A DNA stretch of 64,000 nt, from positions 7,542 to 71,541 of the forward strand of contig MGHG01000004.1 in assembly GCA_001793095.1 (NCBI GenBank). Reading direction: 5' to 3'. Positions 50,064 through 59,100 of the stretch are shown piece by piece. The translations under genes were made by a program, and so were the position numbers. This DNA is from Candidatus Woesebacteria bacterium RIFCSPLOWO2_01_FULL_39_23 (lineage in GTDB: Bacteria; Patescibacteriota; Microgenomatia; UBA8517). A model generated the notes under the pieces. It searched no databases and had not been told where the DNA came from. It saw nothing but the letters and a program-made list of their open reading frames with translations. How positions within the stretch are numbered: position 1 is the stretch's first letter; every line of letters starts with the position of its first letter.

Positions 50064-51397
50064 TTATTCATTCAATTATTCAAAAATCTCAACTTGAAGA
50101 AGCGAATCGACTTGATGCGGAATATTTTGTAGCAAATCAATTTTTTAAGAAATATTATTTGGGGAGTGAGATTGTCGATTTTGTACAGTATGGTACTTCT
50201 AAATATTTAAATGAAGATAAACTTGGTTATCCTACTCTAAGACTCAATGAGTTCGAGAATTACTTCATAAAAGAACCAGAAAAATTTTGTGACTTAATAA
50301 CTGAAGGTGTATTTAGAAATTTAGAACTTAAAGAGGGCGACATTCTTATTTGTAGGACCAATGGTAATCCAAAGTTAGTTGGTAAAAGTGCTATTGTTAT
50401 GGAAGACAAGCCCTACGCATACGCCTCTTATCTTTTTAGAGTAAGAACAAAATCTGAGAAGATTAATTCTGCCACCTTACTAACATATCTTCACTCATCT
50501 TATGGTAGGGCTGAGATTGAAAAGAATATGATGATTAGTAACCAAACCAATTTTAGTCCTGCCAGATTTAGATTAATTCGAATTCCAATGTTCGATGGGG
50601 AACTCCAAAGAGAAATAACCCTGTCAACCCAAGACGCGTATAAATTATCAAACAATGCAATTAAATTTTATCAGCAAGCAGAAGATTTACTGTTGGAGGA
50701 GTTGGGAATTTCTGATTTTGAAATTCCGCAGGATTTAACTTATGTTGTAAGTTTTTCTGAATTTGAAAATGCTAATCGAATAGATTCCGATTATTTTCAA
50801 CCAAAGTATGAACTATTAATATCAAAAATCAAAAATCAGGTCGCAAATAATTTATTAGAAGTATTTCAAAATATTTCGCCAGATTTTAAACCGAAATCCG
50901 ATGAAACTTACAAATATGTGGAATTGGCAAATATAAATTCTTCAATAGGAACTATAGACGGATTTTCCGAAGTTTTGGGAGGAGAAGCGCCTAGTAGAGC
51001 GAAAAGAATATTGAAAACAGGCGATGTTATTACATCTTCAGTTGAAGGATCGTTAGAAAAAGTTGCGCTTGTGGATTCGGAGCAGGATGGATTTTTAGCT
51101 TCCACCGGCTTTTTTCAATTTCGGAGCAGTCAAGTATTGCCCGAAGTACTTTTAGTTTTAGCAAGAAGTATTGTTTTTCAGATGCAAATACAAAAAGAAA
51201 CTGCCGGAACTATTTTAACTGCTGTTCCGAAAGAGGCTATTAGAAATATTAAAGTTCCTATATTATCAAGATCTATTCAGCAAAAAATTGCAGATTTGGT
51301 TAGAAAATCCCATGAAGCACGGAAGAAATCAAAACAACTTCTCGAAGAAGCAAAAAGTAAAGTCGAGGAAATGATTGAAAATGGAAGAAAAAACTAA
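50060..51397 (+). CDS. restriction-modification specificity (S) subunit with two target-recognition domains
   Basis: RLDAEYF and RIDSDYFQP (TRD starts); GDILICRTNGNPKLVGKSAIV and TGDVITSSVEGSLEKVALV; conserved central and distal helical repeats (...AEDLLLEELGI / ...IADLVRKSHEARKKSKQLLEEAK). Confidence 0.8.
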   Translation: MIIHSIIQKSQLEEANRLDAEYFVANQFFKKYYLGSEIVDFVQYGTSKYLNEDKLGYPTLRLNEFENYFIKEPEKFCDLITEGVFRNLELKEGDILICRTNGNPKLVGKSAIVMEDKPYAYASYLFRVRTKSEKINSATLLTYLHSSYGRAEIEKNMMISNQTNFSPARFRLIRIPMFDGELQREITLSTQDAYKLSNNAIKFYQQAEDLLLEELGISDFEIPQDLTYVVSFSEFENANRIDSDYFQPKYELLISKIKNQVANNLLEVFQNISPDFKPKSDETYKYVELANINSSIGTIDGFSEVLGGEAPSRAKRILKTGDVITSSVEGSLEKVALVDSEQDGFLASTGFFQFRSSQVLPEVLLVLARSIVFQMQIQKETAGTILTAVPKEAIRNIKVPILSRSIQQKIADLVRKSHEARKKSKQLLEEAKSKVEEMIENGRKN

Positions 51398-52229
51398 AGA
51401 TAAATTTAAAGCTGTTTGGCTTTCGCACAGCTCTATTGCTGATTTTTTGAAATGTCCGAGACTGTATTATCTCCGTAACGTTTATAAAGACCTTCGAACC
51501 AACCACAAAATGACAGTTATGACTCCTCCTCTTGCACTAGGCCAGGCTGTCCATGAAGTTGTCGAGGGATTATCCGTTCTTAAGATAAATGACAGATTTA
51601 CGGTATCTCCCTTAACAAAATTTGAAGTGAGTTGGAAGAAAATTGCGGGGGAGAAAGGCGGATTTAGGGATAACGTGCAGGAGGCGGAATTTAAAGAACG
51701 GGGGATTAAGATGCTTAAAAATTTAATAGACAATCCAGGACCATTATTAAGAAAGGCTGTAAAAATAAAAACCGAAGACGGACTTCCGTATTATTGGTTT
51801 TCCGAAGAAGAAAAAATAATTTTATGCGGAAAGATTGATTGGCTTGAGTATGTTGAGGATGGCAATTCAATCCATATTATAGATTTTAAAACAGGAAAAC
51901 ACGAAGAAGACGATTCCTCCCTCCAGCTTCCGATTTATTTATTGCTTGCGACAAATACACAAAAAAGAAAAATAGCAAAAGCAAGTTACTGGTATCTCGA
52001 TAATGGAGCCGGGTTAATCGAGAAAACACTTCCAGATATAAATGAATCAAAAGAAAAAGTGGGGAAAATTGCGCAGAGGATAAAACTTGCAAGACAGCTT
52101 AACCACTTTAAGTGTCCGACAAACGGATGCAAATATTGCATGCCCTTTGAAAGAGTCCTTAAGGGTGAGGGAAAGTGGGTGGGTACGAGCGACTACGGAC
52201 AGGATATTTATATTTTGAAACAAAACTAA
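51375..52229 (+). CDS. Cas4-like / RecB-family PD-(D/E)xK nuclease with predicted 4Fe-4S cluster (DUF83-like)
   Basis: WLSHSSIADFLKCPRLYYL (N-terminal Cys + motif I), IDFKTGK (D-x-K), QLPIYLLLA (QxxxY), C-terminal CPTNGCKYC (three Cys). Confidence 0.6.
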   Translation: MKMEEKTKDKFKAVWLSHSSIADFLKCPRLYYLRNVYKDLRTNHKMTVMTPPLALGQAVHEVVEGLSVLKINDRFTVSPLTKFEVSWKKIAGEKGGFRDNVQEAEFKERGIKMLKNLIDNPGPLLRKAVKIKTEDGLPYYWFSEEEKIILCGKIDWLEYVEDGNSIHIIDFKTGKHEEDDSSLQLPIYLLLATNTQKRKIAKASYWYLDNGAGLIEKTLPDINESKEKVGKIAQRIKLARQLNHFKCPTNGCKYCMPFERVLKGEGKWVGTSDYGQDIYILKQN

Positions 52230-52714
52230 TTGTTAGGTAATTTCTTAGCTCGCGGTAAACCCATTGAGGTTAGGGGAATTGTGATAGTAGAGTTGAATAA
52301 TTCTACAGACTTTCGAATAAAATCCTTGTCTCTAATTTGTCTATAATTAACCCCGGCTTCAATAAATCGTTTTTTAGCGTTCTGGCTGTATTCCGGATCG
52401 TTAGCTGCGAAAATAACGGTTTTAATTCCCACATCCAGTATGATACTTGTGCAATCCCGAACATTATTTATTGGACTTCGGTAACTGCAGGGTTCAAGTG
52501 TTGTATATAGAATAACTTTTTCATCTATTTTAATTCCCTTCAGGCGAGCAATCTCTAAAACCAAATCTTCAGCGTGTCGAACGCCGTCATGTGCACTAGG
52601 GGACAAGGCAAGAATACTCCCGTTTTTGACAAGACAAGCGGCCACAACTCCCTCCGGATCTTTTGATTTTTTAGCAACCTCAAAAAGTTCTTTAAAAATG
52701 TCTTTTTCGCTCAC
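52226..52714 (-). CDS. cytidine/deoxycytidylate deaminase family zinc-dependent deaminase
   Basis: VRHAEDLVL (H-A-E) and LEPCSYRSPINNVRDC (PC...C) zinc-binding signature. Confidence 0.65.
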   Translation of the reverse strand: MSEKDIFKELFEVAKKSKDPEGVVAACLVKNGSILALSPSAHDGVRHAEDLVLEIARLKGIKIDEKVILYTTLEPCSYRSPINNVRDCTSIILDVGIKTVIFAANDPEYSQNAKKRFIEAGVNYRQIRDKDFIRKSVELFNSTITIPLTSMGLPRAKKLPNN

Positions 52715-52817
52715 AAGTATATTATAATTTAAAAAAATGTAGTTTTCTTCAAATCCCCCAATAATTTCAGGATTGTAGTCCTTAGATGGATTCGATTGCG
52801 CTCACCACTAAAGCAAG

Positions 52818-52862
52818 CTCAGGATTATAGTCCTTCGATAAACTCAGGATAATAATTTGACG
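52818..52862 (+). promoter_or_regulatory. conserved promoter module copy A, upstream of the NUDIX gene (CTCAGGATTATAGTCCTTCG...CTCAGGATAATAATTTGACG); partial extra copy at 52768-52786
   Basis: Read directly; near-identical module at 55242-55287; TTGACG -35-like element followed by TATAAT. Confidence 0.45.
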
Positions 52863-52893
52863 ACTTGTTTTTTGAGTTATAATAAATTTCATA

Positions 52894-53304
52894 ATGTTCA
52901 TAAGAAAAGTGGCTGCAGTAATTCTAATTAATCCTGAGGGTAAAATCTTAATCATGAAGAGATCACCTGAAAAGAAAGTTCATCCGAATTTGTGGGGACT
53001 TCCTTCCGGTGGAGTAGAAATTGATGAGGAATTGGAAAAAACTGCAATTAGAGAAACGTTTGAAGAAACTGGTAAAGCTATTTCAAATATAAGGCGCGGT
53101 CCGACTTTATCGGTCAAAGTACCTGGCGGCGTACATGAAATTAATTATTTTTTAGCACAATCCAATTCCCCGGAGGTTAATCTTGACAAAGAACACACAG
53201 AATACAAATGGGTAATACCGGCAGAAGCTTTGAATTATAAATTTGGAATACCTCAAGCTCATGTTAAGAAAGTTATGGAAAAGTTTGGTCTTCTTCAAAT
53301 TTGA
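52894..53304 (+). CDS. NUDIX hydrolase
   Basis: Nudix box GGVEIDEELEKTAIRETFEETG. Confidence 0.8.
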   Translation: MFIRKVAAVILINPEGKILIMKRSPEKKVHPNLWGLPSGGVEIDEELEKTAIRETFEETGKAISNIRRGPTLSVKVPGGVHEINYFLAQSNSPEVNLDKEHTEYKWVIPAEALNYKFGIPQAHVKKVMEKFGLLQI

Positions 53305-53562
53305 CTCCAGGTTAATTGCATTTGATTTATACTTCAGTAGTTGACTTTTAATTCTCCTACTTTTATTTATAAAGGACAATAAATGACTCGAGATTCCTTT
53401 CACCTTCCCAACCCTTTAAATGAACTCCGTATATTTAATATATTAACAATAGACGCTTAATGAATCTATTTCTCTTTATAAACGAAGGGGTGTGAGAATA
53501 ATGGGAATGAGGTATCGTGGGAAGCATCTAACACTGGTTGTACAAGAATTCAGGATGGAACA

Positions 53563-54039
53563 TTGTTGGACTCCTACGGCAACACTCTTGTTCTGGGTTA
53601 TGACCAATTTGGCTATAACTACCAAGCCCACATGTTCAACGGAACATATGACGGTTCTGACAGGAATCTTGACGGAACTTATTGGGGTCAAACAGGAGAC
53701 TTTGTTGATGACAGCTTAATTATGAAGTGGAGTAATGACTGGTTGGCTAATGTAGATTGCAATAACGATGGAATGCTCGATAGGGGAACAGATGAAACAA
53801 GTTTAGGTTGGTTAACTAACGACGTTAATGGCGATTATGATTCGGATGGAGACGGAACACAGGACGCACATTATACTTATTTTGCAAAAATTGTTTGGGT
53901 AGGAACGGGCGGTCTTTGGGGTGCCTACGACGTTATCGAAGAAGTGTATAACGATCCCGTAGGCGGGTATACGGGACTGTATAGTAAAGTTGGTGTACCT
54001 GGTTTTGGTTTAAATGACCAATGGACGACTAATCCTTAA
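53563..54039 (+). CDS. Asp/Asn/Gly-rich small protein with calcium-binding-like DxDxDG loops; start uncertain (no in-frame ATG; frame is open from 53482)
   Basis: DCNNDGMLDRGTDET, DYDSDGDGTQD; the frame lacks an ATG, while an ATG (53501) sits in another frame, so a frameshift or non-canonical start is possible; followed by a strong terminator. Confidence 0.3.
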   Translation: MLDSYGNTLVLGYDQFGYNYQAHMFNGTYDGSDRNLDGTYWGQTGDFVDDSLIMKWSNDWLANVDCNNDGMLDRGTDETSLGWLTNDVNGDYDSDGDGTQDAHYTYFAKIVWVGTGGLWGAYDVIEEVYNDPVGGYTGLYSKVGVPGFGLNDQWTTNP

Positions 54040-54056
54040 TTAGTCAATTTACTAAA

Positions 54057-54094
54057 CAACCCATCGGAAGTTTTTTCGGTGGGTTGTTTTTTTC
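54057..54094 (+). terminator. rho-independent terminator
   Basis: CAACCCAUCG / CGGUGGGUUG 10-bp stem (one G-U pair) followed by a U7 run. Confidence 0.55.
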
Positions 54095-54180
54095 TTCCAA
54101 TTTTACCTAACTTTTATTTAAGTTATTTAGAATATATATTGGTTTGATAAATCGATTTAATGTAGACTGATAATTAATTT

Positions 54181-54588
54181 ATGTTTGAAGCTTTTTCTCA
54201 AATATTTTTAATCGCAATACTAATAGGCTTCTCACTCCAATTTGTTATTAATTGTTTTATATTGTACGGATTAAAGTGGTTAAGAATAGGGGCAAGTTTC
54301 TCATTTAGAACGTCTGTTGGTCTTGCTTTTTTACTTCAAGTTGTGTGGGTTGGTACGGAAATTATAGTGATTAAAGCGGCAAACATCGCATTAATTTTGT
54401 TATCGTCCGTATTTATCTCTTACCTTTTAAACGCTTTGGTTTTTTCAGGAGTGTTGTGGTTGTGTTCCAAAAAAATAGACTCTGTTAAAATTAAGAACTT
54501 CGGATCTGCCGTAATCTCGGCAATAATTCTTCTCGTCCTCGATCAAGTACTTTTACCTTTTTTTATCAGAGAATTGGTTAAATATTGA
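54181..54588 (+). CDS. small 4-TM membrane protein
   Basis: Four hydrophobic helices; no motifs. Confidence 0.4.
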   Translation: MFEAFSQIFLIAILIGFSLQFVINCFILYGLKWLRIGASFSFRTSVGLAFLLQVVWVGTEIIVIKAANIALILLSSVFISYLLNALVFSGVLWLCSKKIDSVKIKNFGSAVISAIILLVLDQVLLPFFIRELVKY

Positions 54589-54607
54589 AATAGAAAAATT
54601 TCCTTTT

Positions 54608-54847
54608 TTAAGGCTTTTTCTTCTTTCTATTTTCAATCTCTGCGATTCTTAATTCTTCCTCGTCCGTCCTTCCAAAGGGATCAATTCGTACTTCCTCATT
54701 CAATAAATCCATAAGTATATTCCTTCTCTCCGCGCCATCGTTTGATTTACCCAAATTCCAAAGCTTAGTTCTGCGATATCTAGCCTCTTCTCTCATAATG
54801 ACTTCCCCGGCGCGGAAAATTGTTTCTCTTTCTCCCTGCGTAGTCAT
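54608..54847 (-). CDS. hypothetical small basic protein
   Basis: 79-aa ORF. Confidence 0.3.
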   Translation of the reverse strand: MTTQGERETIFRAGEVIMREEARYRRTKLWNLGKSNDGAERRNILMDLLNEEVRIDPFGRTDEEELRIAEIENRKKKKP

Positions 54848-55241
54848 AGTATTTCGGAATTATATTAATTAATAAGCCCATTTGTAAATATCTAATTTCC
54901 AAATTTACTTAATGGTTTCGCGTTGACAGTTATGCTTTCACAGAGTTTAATATAAACATGACTTTAACGAGTGATGATCTAACTCAAATTGAGAATATAG
55001 TTGATGAGAAACTCGATGAAAAGCTTGATGAAAAACTCACGAAGCTTAAAAGTGATATTTTCGACAGAATTGATCAATTTTAAAAGAAGTAACAACTGCC
55101 AGTGAAGAAAGACCTCTCATCGAAAACAGACTTGAAGCCCTGGAAGAGATTCACCCCGATGGAAAACACATTTCAAATTTACAATAAAACTTATTTCTTC
55201 AAATCCTTCGACAAGTTATAACAGTGAGCGTTGTCGAACTG

Positions 55242-55287
55242 CTCAGGACTGTAGTCTTTCGGCAGGCTCAAGATAATAATTTGACGG
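55242..55287 (+). promoter_or_regulatory. conserved promoter module copy B, upstream of the serine hydrolase gene
   Basis: CTCAGGACTGTAGTCTTTCGGCAGGCTCAAGATAATAATTTGACGG; TTGACG followed after 17 nt by TAAAAT. Confidence 0.45.
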
Positions 55288-55315
55288 GGTAGCGATTAAT
55301 CCGTAAAATTGCTTA

Positions 55316-55906
55316 ATGAAGCGGGCAATTATTATCCACTGCTGGGAAGGATTCCCTAACTATTGCTGGTATCCCCAAACCAAGAAGGACTTGGAAAAAG
55401 AAGGATTTGAAGTGATTGTTCCCGAAATGCCCGACACTGCCAAGCCCCAACTCGGTCCGTGGCTTGCCAACCTCAAAGAGATTGCAGGTAAAGCTAATAA
55501 TGAACTTTTTTTACTAGGACACAGTTTGGGTTGCATAACGATCATGAGATATCTTGAAAGTTTAAAAAATGGTGAGCAAGTTGGGGGAGTGGTTTTTGTT
55601 GCCGGATTTACCGACGATTTAGGTTATAAAGAGCTGAGCAATTTTTTCATTGAACCAATTAATTTCAAGAAAATAGAAGAAAGATCGAGGATGTTTAGTT
55701 TAATTAATTCCGATAATGATCCGTATGTTCCGCCGAAGTACGTGGATATACTTAAAGACAAATTAGGCGCCAAATCGATAGTGAAACACAACATGAAACA
55801 CTTTTCCGGACCGATTGATAATGAGGAAAGTTGTCTCTCTCTACCTGAAGTAAAAGAAGAAATAATGAGAATGTCGCATAGCGTATTATCAGGAACCGAA
55901 AAGTAA
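55316..55906 (+). CDS. serine hydrolase, RBBP9/YdeN-like alpha/beta hydrolase
   Basis: IIIHCWEGFPNYCWYP...FLLGHSLGCITIMRYL (GHSLG nucleophile elbow); about 190 aa, typical of the family. Confidence 0.6.
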   Translation: MKRAIIIHCWEGFPNYCWYPQTKKDLEKEGFEVIVPEMPDTAKPQLGPWLANLKEIAGKANNELFLLGHSLGCITIMRYLESLKNGEQVGGVVFVAGFTDDLGYKELSNFFIEPINFKKIEERSRMFSLINSDNDPYVPPKYVDILKDKLGAKSIVKHNMKHFSGPIDNEESCLSLPEVKEEIMRMSHSVLSGTEK

Positions 55907-55921
55907 CAAGTATAAATTAAC

Positions 55922-56137
55922 ATGGCTGAAGTATTGTGTACTCAATGCGGTGAATTATGTAGACCTTATGCAGAGAAAAGTAGACTGCATTTTAGACACA
56001 TAAACGGATTTGGCATGCCTGATATTTTGGAAGGAGAAATTGGGGAATGCGAATTAAGAACATATGAACCGGCAGAAGAGATAAGTATACCCGAGCTTTT
56101 AAAAAGGCTTAACCCTGGAGTTCTAACAAATCCTTAA
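55922..56137 (+). CDS. hypothetical small protein
   Basis: 71-aa ORF with CxxC near the N-terminus. Confidence 0.25.
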   Translation: MAEVLCTQCGELCRPYAEKSRLHFRHINGFGMPDILEGEIGECELRTYEPAEEISIPELLKRLNPGVLTNP

Positions 56138-56195
56138 GGGATTTGCAAGTAAAGAATGGACTATTTTGGTTTACCTAGGGAATATAATATAGAGG

Positions 56196-56672
56196 ATGGC
56201 AAATAAGTTAAAAGCAGGGGATACGGCACCTGATTTTTCCGCACTCGATCAAAAGGGAGAGCTGCATAGCCTTCAGGACCATAAAGGTAAATGGCTGCTA
56301 TTGTATTTTTATCCCAAAGATAATACTCCTGGATGCATAAAAGAAGCCTGCAGTTTCAGGGACAATTTTACTGAATTAAAGGAGCGAATCGAAATTCTGG
56401 GAGTAAGTGGAGACAGTTTGGAAAGTCATATCAATTTTTCCAATAAATATAAATTACCTTTCCCGCTTCTCGTTGACAAGGATAGAAAAATAATAAAAAG
56501 TTATGGTACGGACGGATTGTTGTTTCCCAAGAGGGCATCATTTTTAATAGATCCCGATGGGAAAATTGCCAGGGTTTATGAAAAAGTAAATCCGGAAGTA
56601 CATGCGGAGGAGATAATAAAAGTCTTCAATCTCGCAAATTTAAGTAAGACTGAGTTTGCAAAGAAAGGTTAA
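56196..56672 (+). CDS. bcp: peroxiredoxin Bcp (thiol peroxidase)
   Basis: AGDTAPDFSALDQKGE...LLYFYPKDNTPGCIKEACSFRD (peroxidatic Cys in the T-P-G-C motif). Confidence 0.85.
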   Translation: MANKLKAGDTAPDFSALDQKGELHSLQDHKGKWLLLYFYPKDNTPGCIKEACSFRDNFTELKERIEILGVSGDSLESHINFSNKYKLPFPLLVDKDRKIIKSYGTDGLLFPKRASFLIDPDGKIARVYEKVNPEVHAEEIIKVFNLANLSKTEFAKKG

Positions 56673-56872
56673 TTTATAGATGGCTTTCCCACTGAGGTTG
56701 CGGGTGGAAGTTTTTTTAAATACGCTTCTCGTTTTCTATCTATGGTAGCATGCTCTACTCGAGCTTTTGAACCACCCCTGGTGGCTACCGCTTCAGCTTG
56801 ACCGGTAGTTACGCTAACGATGGGTAATTCTAAGGGATTTTCTTTAACTTCTGACATTAACTAAGAATACAA

Positions 56873-57112
56873 CTATTTTCTGATAAATGATACAGCTGCC
56901 CAACTCATAAAACCAGCTCCGAGTCCGATAAACATCCAGGCAGCTATATTTCCCGTTAACAATCCGATTCCAAAACCCAATAAGAATCCGCCGGGAATTA
57001 TCATTGCACCCATTTTCTTAGCCTCTTCGTCGCCGTTTTCCGCTTCTTCTTTGGCCATGTTAATCACCTCGATTCCAGGAAGATAATTAATATTACCACA
57101 AGCTAATTCCAA
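56873..57112 (-). CDS. small membrane protein
   Basis: Two hydrophobic segments. Confidence 0.3.
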   Translation of the reverse strand: MELACGNINYLPGIEVINMAKEEAENGDEEAKKMGAMIIPGGFLLGFGIGLLTGNIAAWMFIGLGAGFMSWAAVSFIRK

Positions 57113-57414
57113 AAATATAATTTTTTGTGTATTGTAATGAAGTAAAATGTTATCTATTCTTGTGATAATGGTGGATAGAGAAGAAATAAGACTAATCGCC
57201 TCAAAAATAACTTTGTCCCGTTTTACTACAGATGTATTATTTGATCCAATGAACTTTGTAAGACGAGCTCAGATTCGAAATTTATCAGAAAGGGTCAAGG
57301 AAATGGAGCTGAGAATAAGTAAGATCGTGCCTAATAGCAAGCAGGAAGCCACTACTTCACATTAATTAAACTTTAAGCCTTGACTGAAGACGTTTATTTA
57401 TGAGAGAGTAGTAC

Positions 57415-58404
57415 ATGCTGAAAAAGGGTTTCGTTGGAATTTATATTTTGATAGTTGTTTTGGTAATCGGGATTGCTTTATTTATTTATTTTTCACTAAT
57501 TAAATCGAGTGGTGGTCTGACGTCACTGATGCCTTCAATAAAAAACGAGCCATTGCCTTCTCCGTCGGGTTCGGCCACGATTCCGAGCGGTAAAAAGTTT
57601 GTAGGTATTATGGGGTCATATGTTGAGGATTTCGCAACAATTAAAAGCTGGGGAGGAAATACCGCTCACGTATATAAAAATCCCGGAAGTACTATAGAAA
57701 TCGGATCTGCTCTTCAATCTGCTAAAGCAAATGGTTTATATTTTATGGCTAGTGTTGCAAAGATTAATCAATTTAACGACGCATTTGATTTAACTTCTTT
57801 TAACTCTAATACAAGTAAATTCTTGCCTGATCTTGATGTTGTCGCCGGCGACCCCTATTTCTTGGGCTATTGGCTTATTGATGAACCTTGTAATTCTAAG
57901 AAAAGATCACAAGTGCAAGCTGAGGATTTTGATGATCTTTATAAGGCAGTAAAGGCTGTGAACCCACAAGTCCCGATTGTCATTAACTTCGGAACACTCG
58001 AATGTTTACAAGGCTTCACGAGTAGTAGTAAACCAGGATTGAAATTTACGGATATAGGTATGTTTACAGTAACCGAGAAAAAGCTGATGCAAAGACCAAG
58101 CTATATTGCTGAGCAGGCTGCACTTACCAAAGGAATCAAAACCTATGATCCGAGTATTAAAATTCTTCCACAAGTTGAGGCGGTCGGATTAATACAAAAG
58201 GGAGCACCAATTCCGTCTGCTTCGTGGATCGAGAGTGCCGGACTTTCTACGGCGAAACACCTTGATGTATTTGACGGGATGTTGTTTTATTCTTTCCATG
58301 CATTCGATAATGTGAACTTTATAGGTGATTCGATATCAAATGTAGTAAATGATCCAGCTTATGTTTCTGCTTTCAAAACAGTTTTCTCCGCAGCCTTAAA
58401 ATAA
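57415..58404 (+). CDS. hypothetical secreted protein
   Basis: Signal anchor FVGIYILIVVLVIGIALFIYF. Confidence 0.35.
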   Translation: MLKKGFVGIYILIVVLVIGIALFIYFSLIKSSGGLTSLMPSIKNEPLPSPSGSATIPSGKKFVGIMGSYVEDFATIKSWGGNTAHVYKNPGSTIEIGSALQSAKANGLYFMASVAKINQFNDAFDLTSFNSNTSKFLPDLDVVAGDPYFLGYWLIDEPCNSKKRSQVQAEDFDDLYKAVKAVNPQVPIVINFGTLECLQGFTSSSKPGLKFTDIGMFTVTEKKLMQRPSYIAEQAALTKGIKTYDPSIKILPQVEAVGLIQKGAPIPSASWIESAGLSTAKHLDVFDGMLFYSFHAFDNVNFIGDSISNVVNDPAYVSAFKTVFSAALK

Positions 58405-58679
58405 CCGCAGTATCTAAAGAGCAATATAAGGCGTATAATGAAATTATCATCAAAAATCTTACGTTTGAAGAATTAATAAATGTATTCTTGGGTAAAGGTG
58501 GTAAGGTAAATAAGTACTATCTTCAAGCTTGGAACAAAAATAAACATGCATTGGTTTATTTAAACGGTTGGTTTGGTGGAAAGAGTATTCGCGAAGCTCT
58601 ACTTAAAGCACTTACGTAAGGCTCACACAGAAAATGCGCGCAGGTGGTTTATCAGCAAAATTTTCCCAAGCCTTAAAAA

Positions 58680-59006
58680 TTACCTCTTTGGTTTATAGTC
58701 TACTAGTTGAGTAGAACTGGAAATAACTCCTGATCCATTCTTCCTAATTAAGTGTACTATATACTGTGTTCTCGTATTATATTCTCCTATGCTTCTTCTT
58801 AGTTCTTCGCTAATGATTTTGTTTGGGTTATTGAATGTTATGTAACCGAATTTAAGCTGCTTTTCTGGGTCATCGCAAACTACAACAGCACCTCTTCCGT
58901 GTTTTCTTAAGCCGATTTTTGCAGCTTTTACTAACTGCTTTCTATTGCCCTCGATAACTGCATTAATTTCCTGAGTAATTGGTAAGGTTTTAATTTCTGC
59001 GACCAT
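58680..59006 (-). CDS. hypothetical protein
   Basis: 108-aa ORF. Confidence 0.3.
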   Translation of the reverse strand: MVAEIKTLPITQEINAVIEGNRKQLVKAAKIGLRKHGRGAVVVCDDPEKQLKFGYITFNNPNKIISEELRRSIGEYNTRTQYIVHLIRKNGSGVISSSTQLVDYKPKR

Positions 59007-59100
59007 AAATCTATTTCCGTTTTAAACTTCGAGGCGGAAGATGTCAAGAGTATATTTTTCACGGAATTTTAATTTCTCGCCTATAGCGGATAAGTTGTAG

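Noticed and set aside
54958-55083. Unlisted 41-aa ORF MTLTSDDLTQIENIVDEKLDEKLDEKLTKLKSDIFDRIDQF
   Set aside because: Very short with repetitive DEKL triplet; plausible small protein but no supporting evidence.
56690-56860. tmRNA (ssrA) identity for the GC-rich patch after bcp
   Set aside because: No tag-peptide reading frame ending in ...AA-stop and no canonical T-arm/ACCA end were found; retained only as a low-interest unknown element.
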